NCBI GenBank assembly: GCA_010093705.1
Contig: MU006105.1
Location: forward strand, 287,960-351,959
Direction of reading: 5' to 3'
DNA length: 64,000 bases
From: Patellaria atrata CBS 101060
Taxonomy: Eukaryota
The position numbers and the translations under genes were made by a program. The notes beneath the pieces are model-generated. The model was not told where the DNA came from, made no database searches, and was given only the letters and a program-made list of their open reading frames with translations. Positions 1-12,800 of the stretch are shown here, in pieces; within the stretch, counting starts at the first letter, position 1, and every line of letters starts with the position of its first letter.

Positions 1-2389
1 AGTGAGCTTGTGAGCTCTACAAGGCCATTTCTAGATCAAGTCAGAGTCAGGGGGCACAAAACCCACATCAGGACGAGCATACCGTTTCAATGCTGCTTGA
101 CGCACGCCTTAAAGAAGTCTGCGAATTCCGACCTATTGGGCATGAACTGCAATTGGAACATCCTCGCATCCACTATTTTAGACTCGTACTCATGAAACAG
201 CCTGGTTTGATCTATAGAATTTTGGATGCTTTTCAGCACTTTACTGTAGAAACAACTGGAACTGCAACAGCAACAGCAACTGGTAGACCACCTCATGGTG
301 GTAAGAAAGGAAAATTTGTTTTCAAGGACCGTGGTTTCCGTCAAATCTAGAAAACGAGCATGTGCATATCTGGGAGGAGCTCGTGAGCAAAGAACAACCC
401 TTTTTTTCTACGACCGTTGGAGAGACACGAGATCCGACAACCCAAATAGAACTTTGGGACATGCATTTTGTGATGGCTAAGATACTAATCGAAATTGGAG
501 CTGGCAAGCATTCGATGACATTCCGATGCCTGGTGATGTTCCTCCCCAACCAACAGATTTGCTGAAGATGACACGACTCGCACGACAATCTACATTGCAA
601 ATGGGGAAGGACTACAAGGAGTCATTGAGAAGTTGTTTGAAACTAGTGGATTAGAAACCGTCTTTGGAAAAAATGGAATCTAGGAATTGAATCAGAAAAT
701 TTTTAATGATGTTGTATTGGCACTAACTAAGGGACATGTCAAAAATATCCCACAATTGATCAATGACCTGACGAACAAGCGGGGACGGTGGAGATTGACG
801 TTTTAAGAAGTTGGAGTGTCGATCTTAGTCAGGAGGTCGATGAAATGGGTTCAAGCCTGCTTGATGGTAAATAATATTTTGGCGATAGTACACATGTACA
901 ACCCGTCTTCAAGTAGTTTCGTGAATAATCATTTTTGGCTGTGGGGACTCATAGCGGGACTAGCATTTATAAAGTTATACAATCTGATGACAAGACCCAG
1001 TATAAATTGAAAAAGGCGTGACCCAATATTTGTTCTATTGGAAAACCCGTACGGTGATCTGATCAACCTAGTCTCATCTTACAAGAGGAATGAAAGCATT
1101 AAATGAGCAAAGGGTGACAAACCTACGATTCTCTGGAAACAAACAAGAAACGCCAAAACCAAACCATGACCTAAAAGAAACATTGTCCACTTACCACATA
1201 TCCACGAAACGCTTCCTCTTACTACACCAGCTCCCTATAACCTACTGCAAACCTCCATAGAATGATTGACAAGCAAAAAAAATGACCCTGTTCCCCTTGT
1301 GCGAATTGCTCTTTACCTAGCCAGAGCACAACCCAATGTATGCGTCACTAAGCGAGTGCCGAATTGTGATTGCCTGCTACAACAATGTTGGGGTCATAAC
1401 GATATACTATGGCCGTATACTATTCCCCCGTCCCCCCTTCCCCGAAAAAGCAGCCGCGACAGCTTCTAACCTCCATCTCTGAAAAGGCGTTGACAGCTAT
1501 CGTTCCAACTGAGACCACACGAAGCCAAAATACTCAGAGTAGGGATCGGAAACTCTGATTCAGTAAGTAGTAACTTGACATGGACCACGTTTAACGTAAG
1601 GACACTCTGCTCGGGGGATAATATCGGCCAGGCCCCTGTTTTGAAGGCCCTTGGGATCTAATAGGTTCGCTGGAGAACTACAGGCTATCTGTGAATCCTG
1701 CTTATACGGTTAGCGCAAGGTGGTTCACGTCTTTGATGCCTGAGATCGGGACGCATTTGGATAGACGTTAAGGGGTATAGAGGAATTGCATGTACTGTAC
1801 AGTATTGTATCGCGGAGATAAGAGAAGACCTTATGGTGTAGAAATTGTACAACAAGCTAAGATGTAACGTCGTGAGACTCTGTAACCTGGACTAGGGTTC
1901 AGCTGCCATAGGTACAAAAAGTTGTACATGGGTGAATCTGCAAATCTGTAGCCTGGATCGTTGTCGAAAGGTATTTTTGAGACTCGATGTCATACTGTAA
2001 TCGGATCTCCAAAAGGATAACATCACGAAGGAGCAAAAGCACCGGAAAAATGTCGAGCATTCAAGCTTCGTACAGTAGCGATTCCGGGTAAGAAATCGTA
2101 CACAACGACAACGGGATAAGGCACATCCCAAGGTTCCAAACCAATTCACCCTTTTCGCTTGACGCCAACTCCGTCCATACTCCATGCTTCGCCTGCCGGT
2201 TGAAGAGAAAACAGGTCCAAAAACGAAGGGCAAGAAGATTACACCATCACCGCCAGCTCAAGAAAACGAAATCCCTTATTCCAAATTTCCAAACTCCGAT
2301 AGGATATGCAACGGGTTGCCAACAAGCCGGTCTCTAAGCGCCCAAGCGGTGTGTGGCATCACATCCCATTGGGCGGGTGGCATGCTGGT

Positions 2390-2808
2390 TCATGCCGTGT
2401 AATACGTCTGTGTGGTTGGAGTCTGGTTGGCTTGGGACAGTCGCTGCAAGGCGAGTTCTGCGGCATCCCTAGGAGTGCGTTTTAGTAAGAATTCCATCAT
2501 GGGATACCATATTTGGGTGGAAGTGGCGCCTACTCTTTGGCTTGGTGGACGTGTTCACCATCGTACCAGTATCTGGCAGCAATGTAACCTGCTGAAGTAT
2601 CAGCCCTATGCTGGGGTAGGGCTGAAATCTTGGAGCTTACCTTGCCCTTCGACACAAACACTGCTAGACCAAGCGGTACGGCCACCTGTCTCATACATTA
2701 GTCCTCCGTCTGACTGGTAGTAGGATCATCGATTGGCTATAGATATAGCGGCGGTGGGTTGCCAGCGTGGGGGCTTATGGGGTAGAAGAGTAACGGAAAT
2801 TGGGGGGC

Positions 2809-2839
<31 letters not shown>

Positions 2840-3021
2840 CCTCTTCGATCGGAAACAATGTTGAAGACTGGAGGACGTAACTGAGCAGCTCGGCAGTGAT
2901 CTGTGGGGAAGTAAGCACAGAGGTTGAAGAGCGGTCAAGGCTGAGAAGGAGGTCAGCGCTGACCTTGCAGCCTTCCTTGCCAATAACCAGTAGTCTGGCC
3001 ATTGGTTTGTTGTGAAGCCAT
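2390..3021 (-). CDS. Small stand-alone double-stranded RNA-binding motif (dsRBD/DSRM-like) protein, 98 aa, 5 exons (3021-2964, 2900-2841, 2685-2641, 2588-2534, 2468-2390)
   Basis: Four GT..AG introns splice to an open 297-nt frame: MASQQTNGQTTGYWQGRLQDHCRAAQLRPPVFNIVSDRRGGRTAWSSSVCVEGQGYIAARYWYDGEHVHQAKEDAAELALQRLSQANQTPTTQTYYTA. The pattern W..RLQ.HC......P.F / beta strands / AKEDAAELAL matches the alpha-beta-beta-beta-alpha dsRBD layout. Confidence 0.85.
2802..2836 (+). repeat. G homopolymer (G6-C-G28); poly-C in intron 2 of the dsRBD gene
   Basis: Directly visible; begins 4 nt after the intron-2 donor on the minus strand. Confidence 0.95.
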
Positions 3022-4941
3022 AGTGTATAAGAAAGCTTGGGTGCTGATTTAGGAGAGATAGGTGTGACAGGACGGTTCTTAAGTGATATATCGGTGATGT
3101 CAACCAAGGCCGGGGACGTTGAAGAAAGTGATCAAATTGAGAGAGAACTGCTCGCTGATGACCGTGACGTAAATTGAAAATATCTGGACTCTGGAGAGGA
3201 GAAAAGTCCGTACTTATAGACTAGGAAAAGGGGGAAGCGTCATGCCAGATGGTGTTCAGTTACCCAAACGCGAATCCAAGCGGCAGGCATCCGCAATGAT
3301 CAGGGACGGTGAGTATCATAAAGAACCAGAATCGGAAGGAAAGGATGTGTTGGCAATCTTACCCACGCTACTTTGAGGCGGCTTCTAGAGAGGAAGAGAT
3401 GCAGGTCAGTGAGTTCGCATGGTCCTAGAGACTAGAGAAGTAGAGACTAGAGAATCCCAGGATCCGTCGACGAAGGGTCGGGCCGTCGATGTGTTGGGCA
3501 TGATGACAGAGCAACAAGCCCATCCATCCATTCCATCAAGCCAAACGGACCAGCGCAGCCTAAGCAATATCGCCGACCTGGTGGACTACCTCATATCAAG
3601 TGTCAGCGCTGGCGATGGGTACTCCGCCGCTGTCGTCTGGTAGTTCTAATGTCTGTAAGAGGTGCGCACACCCGCTGCACGATGGCGAGACGGCTCGTCG
3701 ACAGCCTCGTGGTGAGACGCGATTTGAAAAAAGAAAGGACGGAGAATGATGAACTTCAGCAAAGCCGCTGCAATGCCAGCACATTCTGCAAGCTGGCAAC
3801 GCTGGCTACGGGTCTGCAACTCTGCACTGTTAATTTAGGCGTGCTAAGACGCTTCATATGTGTCGTCGATCCTGGGGCAGTCGTTCTAATTTAGCGATAA
3901 TGCAAGTCATTCATAACCGGCTGGCGTGATAGTTTCCAGTAGTAGTGTCGTGTCCGTTTGAGGTGGAGAGAGGTACAGATGTGGGTTGAGGAGGGAGTTT
4001 GACGTGCCTGGAAAGCGGGACAGAGTAGTGTAGAAACAGGTATAGTGGCTAAAAAGGCTGAAGGAACATATAACCAGTTCTGTCTATAATAACTTCGGCT
4101 ATGTTAAACGACACCGCACATTGTATCATTGTATCCTCTTAATTTGAATCCTCGGTGAGCCGGTAACTCCTCATCAATCATCATGCTGCTGTAGAGCTCT
4201 GCAAAAAGCCTGTGAATCGTTATAAAATGCGGTGACAGGACGGGTCCTTGCATCAATGGAGCCGTTTGATATTGATCTGTCCCGCCTTTGCTTCCCCACC
4301 ATGGGACTACCATGGACTGCCATGGCTCCTGGTGCTTTCTCTGGGTCGGTGGTTGACGGGATTATTTGAGCCATATATGCTCCTTATACACAAGCATATC
4401 CGTCCCCTTGCACCGATCAAGGTACATGTGCGACGGTGGCTGGGGATCTTCGTTTCCAAGCATATTCATCATGGCACAAGGCGAATCGCAGACTCTGAAT
4501 TTGATAGTGTGGAATTTCGTAACTCATATATCATAAGAGGGCACCATCTTAAGCCCTATGGAAGTTCCACCGAAACCATGAAACCCATTATCCGTCCTGT
4601 GGAGGACCCATTGCCGCATATGAAACGCCTGTCTAATAATGACAAACCGTGTACCATTTGTTTGCCCTGATAAAGTCTTCGCAATGCTAATAGAGTACCC
4701 ACACACCGTCAGCATCCGATTCTCATCAAGTGCGTGCAATACTATTGGCATCAAACAATCAAAAGTTTGATTACCAAGTGCTAAAGACTCGGCGCACAGC
4801 ATTTCAAGCCGAAAGCCCCTGTCAAGGTCGCAAGGCAAACGTCCCGAGGGGGAAATATCTACGAGAATCGAAAATACTCAGTTGACCCGCAAGAGGCCAA
4901 ACAATCCTGAGCAGAACAAGAAGACTGAAGCATACTGAATC

Positions 4942-6291
4942 TCAAGCCACGGCATTGGATCGAGAACTACGGTGGAAAACGTCATTAAACAGACGTCTAT
5001 GACTGGCATGCTCCACGTTGACTGAGGCATTATTAGAATTGGGGATGCGAGGCTGTGGACCGTGTTTGCTATGGAAGTGACTCCTGATACGGTCATCTAC
5101 CAATGCAATCATGCCAGTCGAGATGATTACGCTGAATTGGTGATGTTAGATGAGCTTCTATGCGATTAAGGGTATCACTCACTCTCCAACGTCAGGTTCC
5201 ACGGCTTCTGTGAACCAAAACGCACTGTTCGGAATCCAGCCTCCTTTCGCTACTTCTTCTCGAACTTCGGCAGGAGTCTTTTGTCTTGGAGCAATGTGTG
5301 CCAGAGCATCATCCTTTCCGCGTTTGTAGAGATGGTAAGAAAAATCTTCTGCACCCTTCTGCGACTTCTTAGTGACGTGCCAAGAGTAATCCGAGCCCCA
5401 ATACTCGAAGTCATAGTGCTTCTGCTTTTTGGTAGTACGCTTGACGACGTCTATGTGAGCATAATTGCTGAATTCAAGTTGAATAGTGTTTGTAAGTCTA
5501 GATTCCAGGTTACCCTTCTTCACGCTATAATCGCTAAAATCACTAAGCATCGATTCGTACCCTGAGTCGCGTCTCTTCAAACCAGAAGAGGTTGAATCAT
5601 TGTTATGTTTCGTGAAAGGTTTTACGAGACTCATGCTGAAAGATTGCCTAGCTTCGAATAGTCGTTGATGTACTGGATTATCTTGCATTCTCACGGAATG
5701 ACATATCTCCCGCCCGGAATCTCGTCCATAACGGCGGAATGAGAACTCTCTTTTAGCCAAATCATGTATCCTAAGGTGGAAGAGCCCTATATCTTGCTTT
5801 CCATATCTTGTCTCCACCGGGACATACAGACTTAGGTTCATGTTACCATCATAGGTAGAGTCGTCATGGCTAATAGTTAAGGTACGGGGCGACGGGAATA
5901 GGTCTGCGAAATCTCTAGGCGTAGCTGGAATAGCTGTAGGTTCCGGAAAGTTATAGTTATGCGTATACTCGTCCTCCACGTCACTTTCGACATCATCCAT
6001 GGAAGACGCGTATGTCTCGAACGATGCTGTAGACGTGTTCCCGTGGTTTGCAGAGGGCATTAGCTTAGAACCTATGGCGGTGTTCGTACATGCACCGTCC
6101 ATTTTGTCGAGTTCAACATTGGGACTTGGTTGACTGTATTCCGTTGGAGCAGTGCTATGAGAGTAATTGGAGCTATGGTCAGCACTGCGAGTAGATTGTG
6201 AGCTTAAGCTTAAGCCATTGCTTTCGCTAGACTGATGTCGAAGGTGAGGCATGATATAAGATTCTTCATATGGAGGAAGAGCTTGTGGCAC
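4942..6291 (-). CDS. Conserved fungal hypothetical protein (start uncertain; intron 5182-5132)
   Basis: 370-aa ORF with motif-like blocks HDDSTYDGNMNL, LFHLRIHDL..REFSFRRYGRDSGREICHS, IQLEFSNYAH. A GTGAGT..CTAAC..CAG intron extends the frame into DVIISTGMIALVDDRIR..., stop at 4944-4942. Confidence 0.8.
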
Positions 6292-9200
6292 GCGTGCAGA
6301 TGTATTTGCTAGTCTGAAGTGGCTCGGTATAAGGGGAAAGGGTTTGTTTACCGGCAGGAGAGGGTCGAGATCATATTATAGTCAGTGACTAAATGTAAAC
6401 AGTGAAGAAGTTTGTGTCCCTGGAGCGAGCGGTGAATTAAATAATTGTGGAGAATCGCATCAGATCCATGAAGTAGATACATGGATCATGGCGTGAACGT
6501 TGCGGAGGATGTAGGTTACCATCTCTAGAAGTGTGGAGTGACTAGGTTGACTTGAAACTGTGGAGAGATGTCGATATAACGAGACGCCAGTAGCGCAACC
6601 TCGTGGGGGTGCTCGTGACAGGGCTAGACTGGACAAGAGACGCACGACTCGCCCAAACGCTCACCCACGCCTACCAGTCAGCCTCCGATTTTTACCCTTT
6701 GCCCCCCTTAGCCTATCCCTTTAGTTCTACTGTAGTATCATACATTATTATTCCTAGTTTCTTACCATCCACGATGATATCCCAACATCCAGTTCCACCG
6801 TCCGATCGAGACTTGAGTTCCTTTCACAGCCACCCAGAGAATAGCCCTCTACCCCTGGGCTCACACTACCCTAACACGCTTACAATTGGGAGGTTCGAAG
6901 CTTTGAGAGTTGAAAGTCTCCCTCTTAAGTTCTATTCTATACTGGGAGCATTTTTTGTCCATGGCTTACAGCCGAAAACTCGAGTGTAACTCTAGATTTA
7001 TTGATATGTACGACAAGATTCATCTTCCTCGACTACCAGACCATACTACCAAAGCAATCGGTGTCTTCTCTCGCTCATCCTAATCTTCATCTACTACAGT
7101 CAACAGCGAGAAGTTACTGCTTTTGCCCGCCGAAACTGATCCGGACCACTGCTTGCAACTTGCCGTTTCGGACGAGTTTTCTCTCCCGTAATTCGTGCGG
7201 ATACTTTGGAAGTAAAAGGGTCCTCCAGATGCTCCACGCTTTATCTATTGCAGGATTGATCAGCGCTCGACTACGGTTCCAAGGGTTCGTCGCAGTTCTC
7301 ACAATATGATAGATGTAGATGGACGTCAGAGCTACCATTCAGGGTTGTTTGATATCCTACTCCAGAGCTCTAAACGTGTAGGACGGGTACATCGTCTTGT
7401 GTTCTACGCGAGTTTGACACTTCCATAGAGTGGCATGTGTAGGTTGACTGGTGGACTTCCAAGACTCACAACTGTGTACTCTGGGAAAATCGAGTAGCGC
7501 ACCAGAAAACACGCCCTTCACCCGCGATTGCCCTGATCTTTCAAAATGTTGTCAAGGATTCAGGTATTGCCAATTGTCTTAGATCTATAGGTCAGTTTTG
7601 CCTCGATAATAAGTCAAAGGACGATTGCAGAAGTTAAAGGCTCTATCATTGGAGTGTTAAGGGGGGCCCGATACTCTGCCTCCCGTCTGCAAACTCTAGA
7701 ACCCGTATCACGAAAGCTACAAGCTTCATAGAGTTTATGATTACTTCTGCCCTATTTCCGGCCGATGGCAAAAGCCCAAGTTAGGAATGAGGGGGAAGGT
7801 CGCGTCGCGGTACCTCCGTACAGGTACAGTACAGTACAGCAAACGCGGTCCATATCTGCAGCCCAGTCGAGTCCAAATGTCTGCAAAGCATTGCAAGCAT
7901 TTCTTCCCAATTCATCACCTTGAATATATTGAGCGGACCATTCAGAACGTTTAGTCCTGTCTGCTTTCAATGCACTCATTGTCGAATTCGAGATTTTCCG
8001 CTGCATCCGTTAAACATCCCGACAATCCCAGCGGGATCCTTGACCCAATGAGAGACCTCCACGCTTTCTGGATGTACACCAACGTTTCTCTTCCACGTTC
8101 ATCGTGCCATGACCACTGATTAAACCCACTGAGCCGCGTCTCATCTATCTTCCCGTCATGCAGGACGTTAAGCTCCACCAGTTCGGCCTACTCGTCCCAG
8201 AAATGCGGACAAGCCGTCCCGTACTCCCCTCTAGCTTCTTCCTTCAGCTCCGTGAATGCTACCAGATCCATCAGCGCAGCAGAATCCTTTGTAGGTCTGC
8301 ATGGAAGAGGTTTCGAAAGCTAAGAAACGTGGGGATCGTGGTCCAGGCTCGACATTGAGCCTGCTCTATCGAAAGACCGTAACCGGACTTTACGCCATCA
8401 TCCCTTCTCTCTGATTGCTCGGAATGAACCAACCATATCTCCTGCCATGATTATGGATTGTCGTAGCTGCACATCTAACTTCTTTCGAACTTACTCGGGC
8501 TTGGAACAAGCGGGGAAGACAGAGTCCTCCAGACTGCTTTCAGAATGCCTTGTGGTACAGTACTACTGTACTCTGTCCAGCAGGAGGTGTAAGGTCGTAA
8601 ACCCACCGCGGCCGATTCAATAGGGATATTTGTCTTCGGGATCAGACTAAACTAGTAATGCTATGACGATAACAGACAGCTTTCTATTTACTTATACAGT
8701 ACAACTATCTTATGATTCGACAGAAGTAATTTTGTCTTCCTTTCCGCGGCTTAATACTGAAGAATATCTCTTTATGCAAAGTTAGGCTGTGGTTAGAAGC
8801 TAAAATGTTAGACAAGCTACCGTAACTAGCATTCGCTAGTGACGATGTCATAACCAGCAAGCTCTTTTCCACGAGCATCGACTTGATTAACCATCCCACT
8901 TGAAAATCTTCAACTATGACAATTTTTCGTCCGTCAATAGGTTATAACTGCATACCTTGCAACACGATGATCTCCCGCCGCTTATCATCCGTCAGGATAC
9001 AATAATAATAATCTTCTGACTAGATTATCGTACTCTCTTCACGCTGTCTTTCAATAAACACGGGCTTTCCCGTGCCAGTTGATTTGGTACATGGGGCTCC
9101 TTCAACTACATGATCAACATTGTGGAGATACTCACAACTTGATGGACGCTGCAAAATGATAGCAACCCGGTGGAGAGCCTAATACTCGTACGAAAACGAT

Positions 9201-9813
9201 CGGTTAACTAATAGTATTGGCGCAGTGGAATTTAACTTTTCGTCCTCATCATCATGCATCGCTCTGATTGACGATTATGACATACCATTTTGTACCGCGC
9301 TTGAATATCAGCAGTAGTGTCAGCACCAAGGTCTCACTTGAACCCTATCTCCGAATTCTTGTCAGCTTACAAAATTGTCGTACAAATAAGGTTTTGCCTG
9401 AAACGAAGAGCTAATGTTTCGCGCAGGCACGGAGAGAAAAGAATCTTACTGTATGTATAAGAGTCGCTGTTTCCGTAAACGGCTCATCCGGTAGGTGGCG
9501 ATATGTAGGGCGCATTGATTGATCTCTTTTCTATGCATTCGCAACACATTCCTAAATATGTAGTTCAATATACGCAATATTATTTCATCTGGACGAATCT
9601 ATTCAGGGTGTTATCCCTAATGAAAGGGGAAACTGCGTGCAAACAATATCTTGGATTATAAAGCTTTTTGCCATGTCTATATATGCCCGTTCAATGTTTT
9701 CATCCGAGCATGCTATGGCAAGAAGGAAAATTTGCTCAATCTATATCCTATACCACACCGCTTCTACTTATCCACTTCCTAACGGAACGGGTGTAACCTC
9801 ATGCCACTCGATT

Positions 9814-12800
9814 CTAGAACTCTCTCTCCCACAGCCTCTTCCCCTCAATCACATTCCCCATATGCGTTCTCGCAAATGACTGCCCACGCATGCGGTGCCC
9901 AATCCATCCCTTCAAGAACGGCAGCGGTGAAGAGCTAAACGGCGACTTCTTCCATTCCCGCTTCTTCGGACGGGAGTCTGGCGGCACGAATAATAACGTT
10001 TGAGGATCAATGCCCAAGAAGTATAGCAAGCGCTCGTATTCCGCGCTATCTTTGAGATACAGTGCACCTGCATAGAGCTTCAGCGCGAGGAGAGTATCGA
10101 GCGATACCTCATTACCTTTGGACCAGGCGCCAACGACGAGAACATCTAGGTGGGAGAAATCGACCATCGTCTTTGTTATCTGAGGTGCATATACATGCAG
10201 GCTGATGTATTCTGACGCTCGAATATCTCCCATGAGTTCGTTCGCTTCCCAGGGGCTTATGATGATAACTTGTGATCGCTTTCTTGAAGTCAGCACCCAA
10301 TGTACAGGACGTAGGTAATTATCCGCTTTCTCGCCAGCTCGGGCTATTACTGTTCGCAGAAAGTCCCGAGTAACGAAAAGGTTTGAGCATATGTCCTTGA
10401 ATGTAGAGAGTTTCGAAAATGACGAGACTTTCGTGATCGCTTTGAAAGCTTGGACGACTGTTGTGGCTTCGGTCGGAAGCTTGCCTTTCCTTACGAAATG
10501 CACGATATCATTGCTGACGGCAGGGACCGTAATCGGGCGTTTTGGGGGTCGCTCGGTGTGCTGTTCCCGTTCGACTTCTGGGTCAAGCTCTCGAATTTGC
10601 TCCTCCTCAGTCCGAATATTCCCCAGACCGGATCGGTTTACCAAGGTCCAGCGGTTCCGAAGCTCCTCGATAAACGGCTCTGTATCGTACAACTTGATGG
10701 CTGTTTCGATCTGTTCTGATCGGGTGTCAGAAGCTCCATACAGTTGTTCTAACCCTTTCTCTTCCTGCTCGACTATCTTGCTGCTGTATTCTTCAACAGC
10801 ATTCTGATCACGCACAGCCTCTTGGATTTCCCGCCCGTCTAGAAGCTTTGTGAATTCTATCTCCTTCCTAACGAATTCTACACCTTGAGTCACCCAGAAT
10901 GGTAAGATACGTTCATGTCTATCACAGGTTTCTTGGATACACCATTTGAGAACATGTTCTGATGTGAGATTCTCCCCTTTGCTCGTTTTTTGCAGACCGA
11001 GGCTGATCTCCGGAGACCCAATAAACATGATAGAGTGGCCGAATCCGCCTAACTTACGCATCCTCATGCAAGCTAGATTACATGATTAGTATATAAGTAA
11101 AATATTAGAGCGAGTAGATTATCTTACCTTGTACTAATTTGTCCTTTACAAGGCCTGGACCTAGAGTTACAGCCGCGCGAAACCCATCTGGCATAACCAG
11201 ATCAACACCGCGAGTGTGAACTTCGTCAAAATAGACAAGGCAACTCTCAAGGTTATGCCGATATGGTGATGAAACAAAGCGATACGAGATGTTAAGACGG
11301 TCAATCACCATCAATTCGTCATGCTCATCAAAATAGAGAGCGGCTTCTGCGTCCGGAACAACCTTTAACCATTCTTGAACCACTTCAATATTTTGCATCT
11401 CTAGAACTTGTGCTCCAACGTCGATTAAGGCACAGACATTTGGGCTTTGCTCTGATATAAATTGTAGTAAGTCCGGAACAGATAGTTTTCTTCCTTGTTC
11501 ATCAGCTGCAAGCATATACGTCCGGTTTTCTTCTCGGATGATATAATTCATTACGAGCGCATTTGTATGCAAGTTATCGTCAATATCTTCCTGCTTAATT
11601 GACAGCGGAAGAAGATCTCGAGTATCATTCGTTCCGCTGAAACCCGTAGTGATGTGTCCGTTGGATGGTGCAGGAATATCCCAGCTAGATGCTCCCAGCT
11701 TCTTGTGGAATGTTTTCGCCTCTTTTGGAAAGACAATTTTGTCCATGAAGTAATCACACACCTTTTTGTTATACTTCAAGTGGGGAAAAACGTCTCTGCA
11801 GCACGTGATGTTATCCCCGAGATTGATGCTTCTCAGATTCATGAATCGAGCTGGCAATCCTTGCGCGGACTTCGCCCAAGATGCGTAGACATCCGAACCG
11901 GTCCTCTCCTTCTGGAGCTGCTCAAAACATTGAAAAATTTGAGAGTTCGTTAGTCCATGGTAGTAATAGCTTAAGCAGGTAAGCAGAAGAGCGCAATCTG
12001 GATGCGCAAATTCGCTAGCTATGGAGGGGACTGATTTCGCCCGGTAAGGGACTGCCATTAGACAACGCTTCAAGTCAAGACCATACTCGACAAGCCAGCG
12101 CTTCTTCTGAAGAGCAAAAAGTAGGACTCTGTGTCCGATGAGACCACGAAGAGTGTAAAATACGACTCGCTGTCGAGGGTCGGATCCCACGAGCTGATTG
12201 ATCAGATTTGCATCACCTTCACTTAGGTCCTGACCCTGTATGAACCTGAGAATTGCCTTCTTCGAAGAACTGTCAAAGTTGAAGGAAAAGCACTCAAGTC
12301 TCCCTTGGGCTATGCATTGCAAAAGTCCTTGGAGTATCCTATCACCAATGCTGGCATCTAGAAAACTCAGAGTAGGGAAACATCCCGGCCTTTCATCTAC
12401 TTCTAGACTTCCCGGCTTCTTTTTAACCAGGGAACGAACAACAAAAATAACTTGTGTCAAGATGTCTTGACAGATTGTCCACCGTTCAGCATGACCGTCA
12501 ATGGGTTGCTGCGTTCCCACTGTATAAACCAGCTGGTATCGAGGATCGAGAATCTCGTCGCTTTCGTCCATTACATCACGAGTATTCCTCCGCAGCCATT
12601 CGTCTATTCGAATCAGCTGTCCTCCAAGAGCAGGACGAGTCTGAAGTTTCTCCCTGCCTGACAGGCGGAAGGATAGCATATACTCTGGGAGTGTAACATG
12701 CACTGCTCTCTCTTTAATGCTCTCTCGGTAGAGACATTCTAATCTTGTTAGTAGAGCTGGGCTCACGTCCGATGTCCGCGTAAAGGGTATCGCGAATACC

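Noticed and set aside
1..810. Plus-strand protein-like fragments in alternating frames
   Set aside because: Possibly the tail of a decayed gene, but there is no recognisable motif and it is truncated by the window edge.
2775..3107. 110-aa ORF ending in polyproline
   Set aside because: The polyproline comes from the intronic C tract; the spliced dsRBD model explains the region better.
6900..8400. Scattered short ORFs and GTACA-type repeats (7818-7839; inverted repeat near 8555-8571)
   Set aside because: No coherent gene model or homology; the repeats are short enough to arise by chance or slippage.
9236..9256. Minus-strand TGATGAGGACGAAA resembling a hammerhead ribozyme core
   Set aside because: It lacks the C of CUGANGA, stem II and flanking stems.
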